Part shown: piece after piece, positions 16,273 through 25,374 of the stretch
Layout: every line of letters starts with the position of its first letter
Numbering within the stretch: position 1 is the stretch's first letter
From: Abditibacteriaceae bacterium
GTDB lineage: Bacteria > Armatimonadota > Abditibacteriia > Abditibacteriales > Abditibacteriaceae
Direction of reading: 5' to 3'
DNA: 33,140 nucleotides
NCBI GenBank assembly: GCA_031425655.1
Contig: JANPJS010000253.1
Coordinates: 1-33,140 of the forward strand
Program-made: the position numbers and the translations under genes
The notes under the pieces: model-generated
Seen by the model: only the letters and a program-made list of their open reading frames with translations
The model's database searches: none
Told to the model about the DNA's origin: nothing

Positions 16273-17370
16273 ATGGCAACTGTAAAAAAGGGGTTAGGAC
16301 GAGGACTGTCCGCTTTGATCCCTGATAGTGACATGGAGTTTTTGAGTCGCGTAGCCCGCGGGGATAGCTCATTGCCGGCTGTTTCTATTGACGACACAGC
16401 TTTTCAGGGTCGCATTGAACCTTCTGCAGGCGATGCGCTGCCTGGTAAGTTCGCAACGCCATTCCAGCAGCGTGCGGCCTCACTTGAAGTGGAAAACAGC
16501 ATTGACCCATCCACATTCGAAGCCACGCCTTGTTGGATCGAACTAAAGCATATTGAAGCGAATCCTTATCAACCGCGGCGCTTATTCGCCGACGCGGAAA
16601 TGCAAGACCTGGTAGCTTCGGTTCAAGAGCATGGTATTATTCAACCAATCCTTGTGCGTCCCACATCCAGCTCAACGTTAGATAACCCTAAATTTCAGTT
16701 GATAGCAGGCGAACGCCGCTGGCGAGCTTCGCAGGCCGCCGGATTAACGAAGATTCCGGCTGTGGTTCGTCAAGTGAGCGACCAGCAGGCATTAGAGTTG
16801 GCCTTGATCGAAAACGTGCAGCGACACGATATCAGCGCCATTGAAGCGGCCAAAGCGTATCGCCGATTAGCCGATGAGTTTGCTTTATCACAGGAACGGA
16901 TCGCGCAGCGCGTCGGCAAAAGCCGCCCTTCCATCGCCAATACGATGCGCCTTTTGGATTTGCCGGATGAGGCACAGCAGGCGATTGAAGAAGGTGCGAT
17001 CAGTGAGGGACATGGACGTGCCATACTGCTTGCGCCCGGTGACGGCGCCCGCCGGGCCGTCTTTCGCCGTATTATTAGGGACAAGGTCACGGTGCGTGAG
17101 GCCGAAGAATTAGCCAGGAAGTCCGGTTCTATGCGCGAGGATAGCGCCGCCGCAGAGAGCGTCGGTCAAAACCTATCAGGTGCCAAGCAATCTCGTCTCA
17201 CCGGCGTAGAAATGCGGGCGTTAAGGGCGACTGAAGAAGAATTGTCCAAGTCTTTGGGCACCAGAGTGCGGGTTAAGCCGCGAGCAAAGGGCGGACAGAT
17301 TTGCATTGAGTATTTTTCTGCTGAAGACTTGGATGATTTGTTGGGGCGCCTGCGGGTGAAAGCCAACTAA
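16273..17370 (+). CDS. parB: Chromosome partitioning protein ParB/Spo0J
   Basis: KGLGRGLSALI, NPYQPR, GERRWRA CTP motif, ALIENVQR, HTH VGKSRPSIANTMRLL. Confidence 0.97.
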   Translation: MATVKKGLGRGLSALIPDSDMEFLSRVARGDSSLPAVSIDDTAFQGRIEPSAGDALPGKFATPFQQRAASLEVENSIDPSTFEATPCWIELKHIEANPYQPRRLFADAEMQDLVASVQEHGIIQPILVRPTSSSTLDNPKFQLIAGERRWRASQAAGLTKIPAVVRQVSDQQALELALIENVQRHDISAIEAAKAYRRLADEFALSQERIAQRVGKSRPSIANTMRLLDLPDEAQQAIEEGAISEGHGRAILLAPGDGARRAVFRRIIRDKVTVREAEELARKSGSMREDSAAAESVGQNLSGAKQSRLTGVEMRALRATEEELSKSLGTRVRVKPRAKGGQICIEYFSAEDLDDLLGRLRVKAN

Positions 17371-17399
17371 AACTCGTAAAGCTCAGGATTGCACTAAAT

Positions 17400-17415
17400 T
17401 GTTTCACATGAAACA
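17400..17415. promoter_or_regulatory. parS site 3
   Basis: TGTTTCACATGAAACA between parB and nrdR. Confidence 0.93.
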
Positions 17416-17438
17416 AGACTTATGAAAGAGCAGCGGCG

Positions 17439-17957
17439 ATGAAATGTCCGATTTGCGGCCATGCAAATAGCCGCGTGGTTGACTCACGTCCGGCGGAAGA
17501 GGGCACGTCGCTTCGGCGCCGGCGACAATGTGACGATTGCGGCGCTCGTTTCACAACCCATGAACGAATACAGCATCTGCCGTTAATGGTCGTGAAAAAG
17601 GACGGTCGTCGGGAAGGATTTAATCCTGACAAGCTGTATGGAGGCATCGCCAAAGCTTGTAATAAGCGTCCTGTCCCCACCGCCGCCATAGCCCAATTAG
17701 TGCAGAATGTCGAGACTTTTTTACGACAGCAGGGCTTAATGGAAGTAACCTCCGAGCGCATCGGAGACATTGCGATGGAGCGCCTGATCCAACTGGATCA
17801 AGTCGCTTATGTCAGATTTGCGTCCGTTTATCAGCAATTCGATGATGTCAGACGCTTCGCACAGGTTTTAGAACGCATTTCACGCCGCACGCGAAGACAA
17901 AGTGACCGAGCCTCCGACACGAAGCCGGACGCATCAAAAGATTTAAATGCTGAATGA
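17439..17957 (+). CDS. nrdR: Transcriptional repressor NrdR
   Basis: MKCPICG..SRVVDSR..RRRRQC..CGARFTTHE, ATP cone VVKKDGRRE, VAYVRFASVY. Confidence 0.98.
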   Translation: MKCPICGHANSRVVDSRPAEEGTSLRRRRQCDDCGARFTTHERIQHLPLMVVKKDGRREGFNPDKLYGGIAKACNKRPVPTAAIAQLVQNVETFLRQQGLMEVTSERIGDIAMERLIQLDQVAYVRFASVYQQFDDVRRFAQVLERISRRTRRQSDRASDTKPDASKDLNAE

Positions 17958-18813
17958 GCATCCGCTAAATGAGCCTTCAATGGCAGAAAATATTAGCTCC
18001 GAACGCATCATGGCTTCTGTTATTTCGCAGATTGAAATAGCGCCGCGTTATTTCCGACTTCGATTTTTGGCACCGCACATTGCACAGCGCGCTACAGCGG
18101 GCCAATTCGTGCATATCTTGCCGCGCGCTCATTACACACTCGATCCGCTACTGCGGCGCGCATTTTCGATCATGTCTACGTGCGGTGAAACATTTGAAAT
18201 TCTTTACCGCGTTGAGGGGCGAGGCACGGCGCTTATGTCCCAGTGGAATGACGGCGCCTTAGTAGATGTGTTGGGGCCGCTTGGAAATGGCTTCGCCGCA
18301 CTGCCGACTCCGCCTCAGCGCGCAATTTTAGTGGGCGGGGGCGTTGGAATTCCGCCGATGGCAATGCTGGCTTCGCGCTGCACCGCTAACCATGCTTTAG
18401 TGGCGCTTATTGGCGCGCGTTCACAAGAGGAGGTGATATGCGTTGAGGATTTCGCCCAGTATGACGTGCCGGTTCACATCGCTACAGACGATGGCTCGGT
18501 TGGACATCATGGCTATGTCACCGAACTCCTAAAAATCGAGTTGCAGACAGATAAGCAGGCCGTGGTTTATGCGTGTGGCCCTCTGCCGATGCTGCGCGCC
18601 GTAGCGCGTGTGTGCGCAGATTTTAACGTGCCATGTCAGGTGTCACTTGAAGAAAATATGCCGTGTGGAGTTGGAGTCTGCAACGGCTGTGTCGTGCCGG
18701 TTGCGAACGCAGGCGACGATTACGAGCGATTCCGCCGAATTTGCATCCAAGGGCCGGTTCTGTGGACACATGAGATTGACTGGAGCGGATTTTGGCACAG
18801 CGGGACTTTATGA
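17947..18813 (+). CDS. pyrK: Dihydroorotate dehydrogenase electron transfer subunit
   Basis: GQFVHI, LLRRAFSI, GPLGNGF, GGGVGIPP, TDDGSVG, CGPLPML, EENMPCGVGVCNGC; start could be 17980. Confidence 0.95.
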   Translation: MLNEHPLNEPSMAENISSERIMASVISQIEIAPRYFRLRFLAPHIAQRATAGQFVHILPRAHYTLDPLLRRAFSIMSTCGETFEILYRVEGRGTALMSQWNDGALVDVLGPLGNGFAALPTPPQRAILVGGGVGIPPMAMLASRCTANHALVALIGARSQEEVICVEDFAQYDVPVHIATDDGSVGHHGYVTELLKIELQTDKQAVVYACGPLPMLRAVARVCADFNVPCQVSLEENMPCGVGVCNGCVVPVANAGDDYERFRRICIQGPVLWTHEIDWSGFWHSGTL

Positions 18814-19733
18814 GCGATGTTTCACGTGAAACGGACTTAACAACTCGGATTGGGCCACTGACTTTAGCCAATCCGGTTCTGACGGCATCGGGAACTTTTG
18901 GCTACGGCGAAGAGTTGGCGGGTTGGTTGAATTTATCCCGTTTGGGCGCTCTCGTAGGCAAGACGGTAACGCGCTATCCGCGCTCAGGCAACACGCCGCC
19001 GCGCACCTGCGAAACCGCAGCCGGGATGCTCAACGCTATCGGATTGCAAAATGTGGGAATTGAGCGATTTATAGCGGACAAGTTGCCTTATTTGCGGCAA
19101 TTTGACGTGCCCCTCATTGTCAATATCGCAGGAGAAACGATTGAAGATTTTGGTTATTTGGCAAGAGAGATTACTCAGCAGCCGCAAATTGCGGCACTGG
19201 AACTTAATATTTCATGTCCAAATGTAGCCCATGGATTGGACTTTGCCACTGACCCTGGCCTGACAGAGCAGGTTATAGCTCACGCGCGACAATGCACGGA
19301 GCTTCCCATTATTGCCAAGCTCTCACCAAATGTCACCGACATTTCGCTGATCGCACGCGCCGCCGAAGCCGGAGGTGCACACGCTCTGTCTGTGGCAAAT
19401 ACCTTCGTTGGCATGGCCATCGATATTCGCACGCGGCGACCGCGCATTTCTAATATTACCGGCGGATTGAGTGGCCCGGCGATTAAGCCTTTAGCTCTGC
19501 GCGCTGTTTATCGGTGTGCGCAATCGGTTAAAATTCCGATTATCGGCATTGGTGGTGTTATGACTGGTGCGGACGCGATTGAGTTTTTTCTTGCCGGCGC
19601 AAGTGCGGTGCAAGTCGGCACTGCGACCTTTGTTCAGCCCGACGCGGCGCTGCGTGTGCTGGAAGAAATCGAAGGTTATATGAAAGCCAATAATATCGCG
19701 GCAGTGAGTGAATTGGTTGGCGCAATGCAATAA
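18810..19733 (+). CDS. pyrD: Dihydroorotate dehydrogenase B catalytic subunit
   Basis: NPVLTASGTFGYG, GMLNAIGLQN, ELNISCPNV, KLSPNV, GGLSGPAIKP; ATGA overlap with pyrK. Confidence 0.97.
   Translation: MSDVSRETDLTTRIGPLTLANPVLTASGTFGYGEELAGWLNLSRLGALVGKTVTRYPRSGNTPPRTCETAAGMLNAIGLQNVGIERFIADKLPYLRQFDVPLIVNIAGETIEDFGYLAREITQQPQIAALELNISCPNVAHGLDFATDPGLTEQVIAHARQCTELPIIAKLSPNVTDISLIARAAEAGGAHALSVANTFVGMAIDIRTRRPRISNITGGLSGPAIKPLALRAVYRCAQSVKIPIIGIGGVMTGADAIEFFLAGASAVQVGTATFVQPDAALRVLEEIEGYMKANNIAAVSELVGAMQ
18818..18833. promoter_or_regulatory. parS site 4, inside pyrD coding sequence
   Basis: TGTTTCACGTGAAACG, read as D-V-S-R-E-T. Confidence 0.88.
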
Positions 19734-19738
19734 AGTCA

Positions 19739-19801
19739 AATACGAAAAGTTCAAACGCCACAAAGAACGTAATTCTTTGTGGCGTTTGAACTTTTCGTAT
19801 T
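19739..19801. terminator. 29-bp perfect inverted repeat between convergent genes, likely bidirectional terminator
   Basis: AATACGAAAAGTTCAAACGCCACAAAGAA-CGTAA-TTCTTTGTGGCGTTTGAACTTTTCGTATT. Confidence 0.7.
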
Positions 19802-20843
19802 AGTCGGTGCGCGTGAATTTGCTATCTTCAGATTCCGTGGGCAAAGGCAACGAATGCCCTGCCCGGCTCGACTTTTCGGCAGTTTCAAGGATTGCGATAA
19901 CGCGGCGCGCCTGTTCAGGCTTGACTTTCAAATCTTCCCCATGCAAAAGATGCGCAGCGATATTGGCGTAATAAGTCTTCCAATCACTATCGCCTTTATA
20001 GGGAACACGCAGCGTTGCCGCATAGCCTTCAGCATTGAAGCCGCCTGTCACCTCAAAATAACCACCACGATCTACCGCCGCTCCTTTTGTGCCTAAAACC
20101 CACCATCGTGGCTTGCCGGCGTGAGCGATGCTTGACATAGTTACGTTCGCCACACAGCCGTTCTCGAAGCGAATAACCGCTTGCACCTGGTCTTCGTTGG
20201 TGACATCGTGCCACAAGCGTTTGTGAAAATAGCCGCTTACGTCAGCAATAGGGCTGAGGATTAAACCCAGCAGCCAATCGAGATAATGCGCGCCCCAGTC
20301 GTAGAAATGTCCGCCGCTGATTTCCTTGGAAGAACGCCACCAATCAGGGTTTTGCGGGCCGAAGCCGCCGCCCCACATTTCCACGCTGAAAACATCGCCT
20401 AATAATTGCTTTTCGACAATAATTTCGCGGAGCACGCGATAATCGGCGTCCTGCCGCCGATTGTGAAAGACCGACACCATTTTGCCGGATTTGCGGCCTG
20501 CTTCGATCATCGCGGTGGCTTCATCAACGGTGATACACATCGGTTTTTCAACAATGACGTGTTTACCGGCGCTGAGGCACTGAAGCGCGATCTTTGCGTG
20601 CATATTATGCGGCAAAACAACTACAGCTAAATCTACGTTTGGCGCCGTTAGCAAGTCTTCGACCGCATTATAAGTCGTGATTTGCGGGAAATCTTGCTGC
20701 GCGACCTCAGTTCTTTTCGGATCAAGGTCGCAGATCGAAGTCAGTTCCAGCCCTTCGGTTTCCGTAATGTAGTTGGCGTGCGCGCGGCCCATATTAAAGG
20801 CACCGCCATAACCGATGACGCCACAGCGAATGGTATCAAGCAT
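19800..20843 (-). CDS. Gfo/Idh/MocA family oxidoreductase
   Basis: GVIGYG, AGKHVIVEKPM, VFHNRR, GGHFYDWGAHYLD. Confidence 0.95.
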   Translation of the reverse strand: MLDTIRCGVIGYGGAFNMGRAHANYITETEGLELTSICDLDPKRTEVAQQDFPQITTYNAVEDLLTAPNVDLAVVVLPHNMHAKIALQCLSAGKHVIVEKPMCITVDEATAMIEAGRKSGKMVSVFHNRRQDADYRVLREIIVEKQLLGDVFSVEMWGGGFGPQNPDWWRSSKEISGGHFYDWGAHYLDWLLGLILSPIADVSGYFHKRLWHDVTNEDQVQAVIRFENGCVANVTMSSIAHAGKPRWWVLGTKGAAVDRGGYFEVTGGFNAEGYAATLRVPYKGDSDWKTYYANIAAHLLHGEDLKVKPEQARRVIAILETAEKSSRAGHSLPLPTESEDSKFTRTD

Positions 20844-20856
20844 TGTATCCTTTCAG

Positions 20857-20925
20857 GAATTGCGAATGTGGAATGGAGAAATAGGCTCACATTTCTGCAT
20901 TCTACATTCGCCATTCTTCATTCTA
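20857..20925. repeat. Heptamer (GAATGNN) tandem-inverted hairpin
   Basis: GAATTGCGAATGTGGAATGGAGAAAT (20857-20882) vs ATTTCTGCATTCTACATTCGCCATTC (20891-20916), 23/26 complementary; more units continue up to the AKR stop. Confidence 0.85.
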
Positions 20926-21891
20926 CTACGCCCACATATTGGTTTTCTCTGCGGGCAGATGGTCGGTGATAGTGCGGCCAATCTGATCTATCGCGACGAG
21001 GTCATCCGGCGAGATTTCAAGGCCGGCGGCATGGGCGTTATCGCGCACTTGCTCGGCGTTGCGGGCGCCGACGATGGCGGAAGTGATGCCCGGCTGCGCC
21101 AAAACCCACGCGATAGCAAGTTGGCCGGTGCTGGTGTTGTATTTCTCCGCGATGGGCTTTAATCTTTCGACAGCGGCCAAAGCGCGGTCGTAGTTTTCAC
21201 CTTGAAAGAGCGTGCTGCCGGCGCGGTTGTCGCCTTCTGCAGGCCGATTGTCATGCGAAAACTTGCCGGTGAGAAGCCCCTGCGCGATGCTCGAATAGGA
21301 AATGATGCCGATTTCGTTTTGACGACACACATCGTAGGTGCCGTTGAATTCGTAGGGTCGAAAAAAGAGCGAGTAGGGCGGTTGCAGCGAATCAATGCGT
21401 CCGAATTTCAAGGCTTCTTCAATCAAATCACCATCGAAATTCGAGACACCGATGGCGCGAATTTTACCTTGCTCTTTTAGTTTGAGCAATGCGCTCATTG
21501 TGTCTTCAATCGGCACGATGGGAGAACCCCAGGTGCCGGATGGCCAGTGAATCTGGTAAAGGTCAATATGATCGGTCTCAAGGCGAGTAAGGCTGTTTTC
21601 ACAGGCTTCGGCGACCTTTTCTTTGGCCATGTTGCCGGCGCCAAGCTTAGTGGCGATGTAAATTTCGTTACGCACGTCCTTCAATGCTTGGGCCACGATT
21701 TTCTCGCTGTGCCCGCCACCGTAACCTTCGGCAGTATCGAAAAAGTTGACGCCCGCGTCGTAGGCAGCGCGCAAGGCAGCAACACTATCTTCGTCGGTGA
21801 CGTTGCTCCACTGCGACTTGCCGGCCTGCCAGCAACCCATCGTGAGCGTGGTAATTTCCAAGCCCGATTGACCCAGTTTACGTTTTTGCAT
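20926..21891 (-). CDS. Aldo/keto reductase
   Basis: RKLGQSGL, FFDTAEGYG, IATK, SLTRLETDHIDLYQIHWP, GKIRAIGVSNF. Confidence 0.95.
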   Translation of the reverse strand: MQKRKLGQSGLEITTLTMGCWQAGKSQWSNVTDEDSVAALRAAYDAGVNFFDTAEGYGGGHSEKIVAQALKDVRNEIYIATKLGAGNMAKEKVAEACENSLTRLETDHIDLYQIHWPSGTWGSPIVPIEDTMSALLKLKEQGKIRAIGVSNFDGDLIEEALKFGRIDSLQPPYSLFFRPYEFNGTYDVCRQNEIGIISYSSIAQGLLTGKFSHDNRPAEGDNRAGSTLFQGENYDRALAAVERLKPIAEKYNTSTGQLAIAWVLAQPGITSAIVGARNAEQVRDNAHAAGLEISPDDLVAIDQIGRTITDHLPAEKTNMWA

Positions 21892-21941
21892 AGCTACTTC
21901 TCCCTTACCAGTCAACGAAAATTTCCAGAATCACTACGCTC

Positions 21942-21980
21942 AAAACAACGCCCATTGCATGAAGCAACGGGCGTTGTTTT
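21942..21980 (-). terminator. Intrinsic terminator after the YtxH/BON gene
   Basis: AAAACAACGCCC-ATTGC-ATGAA-GCAAC-GGGCGTTGTTTT; the single mismatch is G.U on the minus strand. Confidence 0.75.
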
Positions 21981-22007
21981 TGTTCGCATTTGCGTGGCGC
22001 TGGAGTT

Positions 22008-23078
22008 TCAACCTACGAAGGTTTGCTCTTCCTCGGCGGTTTCGACCAGCAAGGCCGTTGTGACATCGCGGACGCCAGCTATGGCGCGCACCACGCTTTC
22101 GACGCCGGCACGCGTGGCTTCGTCCACCATCGGGCCGCGCAGCGTAACCGAGCCGTCAATCACGTCCACGTTGAAGCGTGCAAGATTGCTCAACGCGGCA
22201 TTGTGGCCGAGCGCGGTGCGCACGCGCGCTTCGATAGTGGCGTCGTCAACGGCATCAACCGAAGGATGCACACGATCTTTAAGATCATGCGCGAGACCGG
22301 CGGCACGGTGCGTCAGGTCTTCGGCCTTCTTTTTAGCGACGTTGCCCAACTCGCCGGCGTCATGGCCAGCTTTGGTCAGCTTATCGCGCACGGCGGCGCG
22401 GCTGCGGCGGCCTGAAGCCGGCGCCAGCAAGATGCCCAAAGCAACGCCGGTGAACACGCCAACGGCCAGCCAGAGCAGCTTAGTCGTGAAATCGGCTTTC
22501 TTGTCCACGATCTTCACTTCCGGGATGTAATCGGGCACATATTGCGCGGCGCGGTCATGCAAAGCCTTGCCCGCTTTTATGCCTATCGTGCCGGCTTTGT
22601 GCGCAGCGTTTTGCGCGGCGTTTTGCCACAGCAAGGGCGCGTGCGCCGCTGCGCCGCGCGCCATTTCAGAGGCCCGCGCCTTCGCATCTTGCGCGCGATC
22701 CGCTGCTTGATGCCGGGCGTCACTCAAACGCTCGCGTGCCGCCTGCGCCGCTTCGGCGGCACGTTGGGCAGCGATGTGGGCCGGTTCGTCCAAGCGGTCG
22801 TGAGCCGCTTCGCTGGCTTTGTGCGCGGCTTCGGTGGCGCGTTGGGCCAAATCATGCGCCAAATCGCCCGCTTTGTGCGCCATCACGCCCCACGCCGACG
22901 TGGCGGCATCGGCCACCGAATCCTTCCAACCGTGCAAACGCTCGCCGGTTTCCTGCGCCTTGTCGCTTGCTTTCTCGCGCGCTGTTTCAAAGTGCGCCGC
23001 GACGGCGTCTTTGGCTTCGTGTGCCGCATCTTGAACCGCGTCCTGCATTGCCTCGCACTTTGTTTTTTTGCCAAACAT
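22008..23078 (-). CDS. YtxH-like / LEA-like helical protein with C-terminal BON domain
   Basis: Ala-rich helical repeats; GVALGILLAPASGRRSRAAVRDK (YtxH); DDATIEARVRTAL..VDVIDGSVTLRG (BON). Confidence 0.85.
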   Translation of the reverse strand: MFGKKTKCEAMQDAVQDAAHEAKDAVAAHFETAREKASDKAQETGERLHGWKDSVADAATSAWGVMAHKAGDLAHDLAQRATEAAHKASEAAHDRLDEPAHIAAQRAAEAAQAARERLSDARHQAADRAQDAKARASEMARGAAAHAPLLWQNAAQNAAHKAGTIGIKAGKALHDRAAQYVPDYIPEVKIVDKKADFTTKLLWLAVGVFTGVALGILLAPASGRRSRAAVRDKLTKAGHDAGELGNVAKKKAEDLTHRAAGLAHDLKDRVHPSVDAVDDATIEARVRTALGHNAALSNLARFNVDVIDGSVTLRGPMVDEATRAGVESVVRAIAGVRDVTTALLVETAEEEQTFVG

Positions 23079-23216
23079 AATGGGCCTCCCGTGTAATTTT
23101 CGGACGTCGTTGCGCTTGTTGTCCCTTCAAATAAGCATCGCCACGGTCAGCAAATGAAGTGCCGCCGGAGCCGCGCACAGGCATCGCCGGCGAGTTCGCG
23201 GTGAGTGTCATCCGCT

Positions 23217-23245
23217 TTGACTCAACACCGCTTTTGCGCTATGCT
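23217..23245 (+). promoter_or_regulatory. Sigma70-type promoter of efp
   Basis: TTGACT (23217-23222), 17-nt spacer, TATGCT (23240-23245); SD TAAGGAG at 23321. Confidence 0.65.
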
Positions 23246-23335
23246 GACATTGTAAAAATTCTACAAAATCCGCGCGTTTGCAAGCGTTTTTTGCTGTCGC
23301 AGCCGCTCATTTTGAACTGCTAAGGAGTATGACAA

Positions 23336-23899
23336 GTGGCGATCTCAACTTCCGATTTTAAGACCGGACTCACCATCGAATACGAAGGAAATGTTTTTCA
23401 AATCATTGAATTCCAGCACGTTAAACCCGGTAAAGGCGGGGCGTTTGTGCGCTCGCGCCTGAAAAACCTGATGAACGGCTCGACGCTGGAACGCACCTGG
23501 CGCGCCGGCGAAAAAATGGAAGCCGCTTTGGTCGAACGACGCAACGTAGACTTTCTTTATCGTGACAAGGACGACTTGGTTTTCATGGATATGGACGACT
23601 ACGAGGAAATGCGTTTGCCTTCGGCGCAAGTCGGCGATGCGATCAAGTTCCTCAAGGATAACACCACGGTGCAGCTCATGACGTGGAAAGACCGCCTGCT
23701 CAACCTCGAATTGCCGCAGACAATGGAATTCGTGATTACGCAAACGGATCCGGGACTGCGTGGCGACACGGCTCAGGGCGGCAGCAAGCCGGCAACGCTC
23801 GAAACCGGCGCTGTCGTCACCGTCCCGCTGTTCGTCAACGAAGGCGAAGTCATTCGCGTAGACACCCGCTCCGGCCAATACCTCGAACGCGCAAAATAA
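23336..23899 (+). CDS. efp: Elongation factor P
   Basis: FQHVKPGKGGAFVR, PGLRGDTAQGGSKPATLETG, VPLFV, VDTRSGQY. Confidence 0.98.
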   Translation: MAISTSDFKTGLTIEYEGNVFQIIEFQHVKPGKGGAFVRSRLKNLMNGSTLERTWRAGEKMEAALVERRNVDFLYRDKDDLVFMDMDDYEEMRLPSAQVGDAIKFLKDNTTVQLMTWKDRLLNLELPQTMEFVITQTDPGLRGDTAQGGSKPATLETGAVVTVPLFVNEGEVIRVDTRSGQYLERAK

Positions 23900-23958
23900 G
23901 TGACGAATTACGAGTGACGAGTGACGAATCAATCACTCGTCACTCGTAATTCGTCACT
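23899..23958. repeat. Heptamer (ACGAGTG/ACGAATT) perfect 26-bp hairpin
   Basis: AGTGACGAATTACGAGTGACGAGTGA (23899-23924), 8-nt loop, TCACTCGTCACTCGTAATTCGTCACT (23933-23958). Confidence 0.95.
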
Positions 23959-23969
23959 CAACACTCAAA

Positions 23970-24920
23970 ATGGTTGATCGCCGCGAAATTATTACCCTCT
24001 GCCGGCAAATCGGCAACATGATGGATGCGGGCGTGGACATTCTGCGCGCCACGCAGGTTTTGCGAGCGCAAACCGAGAACGCGCGCCTTCTGAAATTCTA
24101 CGATCAGTTCGATCACGATCTTCGCATGGGAGCCAGCATCGCCGAGGCCATGGCGCGCGCCTCGGACGTGTTTTCGCCGTTTATGGTGACTCTGGTGCGC
24201 CAAGCCGAGCAGCGCAGCGATCTGGAGACGATTTCTAAACACGTCGCGGCGGCTTTTCTAAAAATCGCGGAATTTTTGCAGCAAGACGAAGATACGCAAA
24301 GCGCGAACGAAGCCGCATCCGCAGCTACGGCTCCTCTCAATATCAGCGCGTTCTCGGAAACGCCCGAAACATGGCCTCTTACACTGCACGCCATTGAAAA
24401 CTTTACCGATAAATTACAACTGATCGCGCTGCGAGTGCTGACGTTGTCTGCCGGCCTGCTTTTATCGCTGGCAGCGGTCTGGTGGAGCATGGAAATGGGC
24501 TGGCTGGAAAAACGCTGGCTCAATGTCACGCTGTTTAGTGTGTCGGCATTGTTTATTAGCGGTGCCGGAGTGTGGGTGCGGCGTCAGATTGAAAAAGAAC
24601 ATCGCCGGACGAACCGCTGCTCTTTTTGCAGCCGCGAAGAAAGCGAAAAGTTGACCTTGCGTCCCGTTCCGGGCTTTGCGGGTGCGGCGATTTGTGCGAC
24701 TTGCGCCAATTTGCTGGCTCAGCGCAGCGCGGAAACCGCTGTGGTTGCCGATAAAATCGTTGCCGAGCCGCCAGGCACAGCGGTGGCGAAAACTAAAATA
24801 CCGATAAAAGCCTTCGAGACCAATTCTTCGACTTCGCGCCACGAGATTTCGCCGGCAGCGTCTCCACCACGCAGCGGACGCGCGTCGGCGTCCGGCACTG
24901 AGGAAATTTCTTACGAGTAA
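23970..24920 (+). CDS. GspF/PilC-like domain + 2 TM + ClpX-type C4 zinc finger protein
   Basis: LCRQIGNMMDAGVDILRA..G.SIAEAM...VFSPFMVTLVRQAE; hydrophobic hairpin; CSFC...AICATC. Confidence 0.75.
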   Translation: MVDRREIITLCRQIGNMMDAGVDILRATQVLRAQTENARLLKFYDQFDHDLRMGASIAEAMARASDVFSPFMVTLVRQAEQRSDLETISKHVAAAFLKIAEFLQQDEDTQSANEAASAATAPLNISAFSETPETWPLTLHAIENFTDKLQLIALRVLTLSAGLLLSLAAVWWSMEMGWLEKRWLNVTLFSVSALFISGAGVWVRRQIEKEHRRTNRCSFCSREESEKLTLRPVPGFAGAAICATCANLLAQRSAETAVVADKIVAEPPGTAVAKTKIPIKAFETNSSTSRHEISPAASPPRSGRASASGTEEISYE

Positions 24921-24950
24921 GGTTGAAAGTCGAAAGAAAAGCGCAGTATC

Positions 24951-25307
24951 ATGAAAGTTTTGATCGTAGACGATAACGAGGAATTACTCGAATTTTTCCT
25001 GCTTTCTCTGAGCGAAGTCGGTGTTCAAGCGGTCGGCGCTAAAAGTGCGGAGGAAGCTTTGGAACACGTTGGTAAGGAAAAATTCGACGGCATCGTGGTG
25101 GATGCCACGTTAGGCGACAGCGACGGAATCGGCTGCGCTCAGCGCATTCGTGAAACAAAAAGTGGGCGCGGTGTGCCGCTGCTCGTGATGTCGTCGTTTA
25201 GCACGCCTTTGGCGCGCCGCATGGCCAAAAGCGTCGGCTGTGACGATCTGCTGGTCAAACCCTTCGGCGCCGCACAGTTCATTGAACGCGTAAAAACCTT
25301 GAAATAA
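24951..25307 (+). CDS. Single-domain response regulator
   Basis: KVLIVDDN, IVVD (phospho-Asp), DG, KPF. Confidence 0.93.
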   Translation: MKVLIVDDNEELLEFFLLSLSEVGVQAVGAKSAEEALEHVGKEKFDGIVVDATLGDSDGIGCAQRIRETKSGRGVPLLVMSSFSTPLARRMAKSVGCDDLLVKPFGAAQFIERVKTLK

Positions 25308-25322
25308 TGGAACCCGAACGAG

Positions 25323-25354
25323 AAAAGCCCCCGGCACAGGCCGGGGGCTTTTTT
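25323..25354. terminator. Bidirectional intrinsic terminator
   Basis: AAAAGCCCCCGGC-ACAG-GCCGGGGGCTTTTTT between convergent genes. Confidence 0.9.
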
Positions 25355-25374
25355 GTGTTTTTTAAACCTGATTT

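Noticed and set aside
18174..18192. Fifth parS inside pyrK (GTGAAACA)
   Set aside because: Half-site only; the left half does not match.
21547..22530. 327-aa plus-strand ORF and many other overlapping ORFs
   Set aside because: Antisense or alternate-frame to well-supported genes, expected in GC-rich DNA, and without recognisable motifs.
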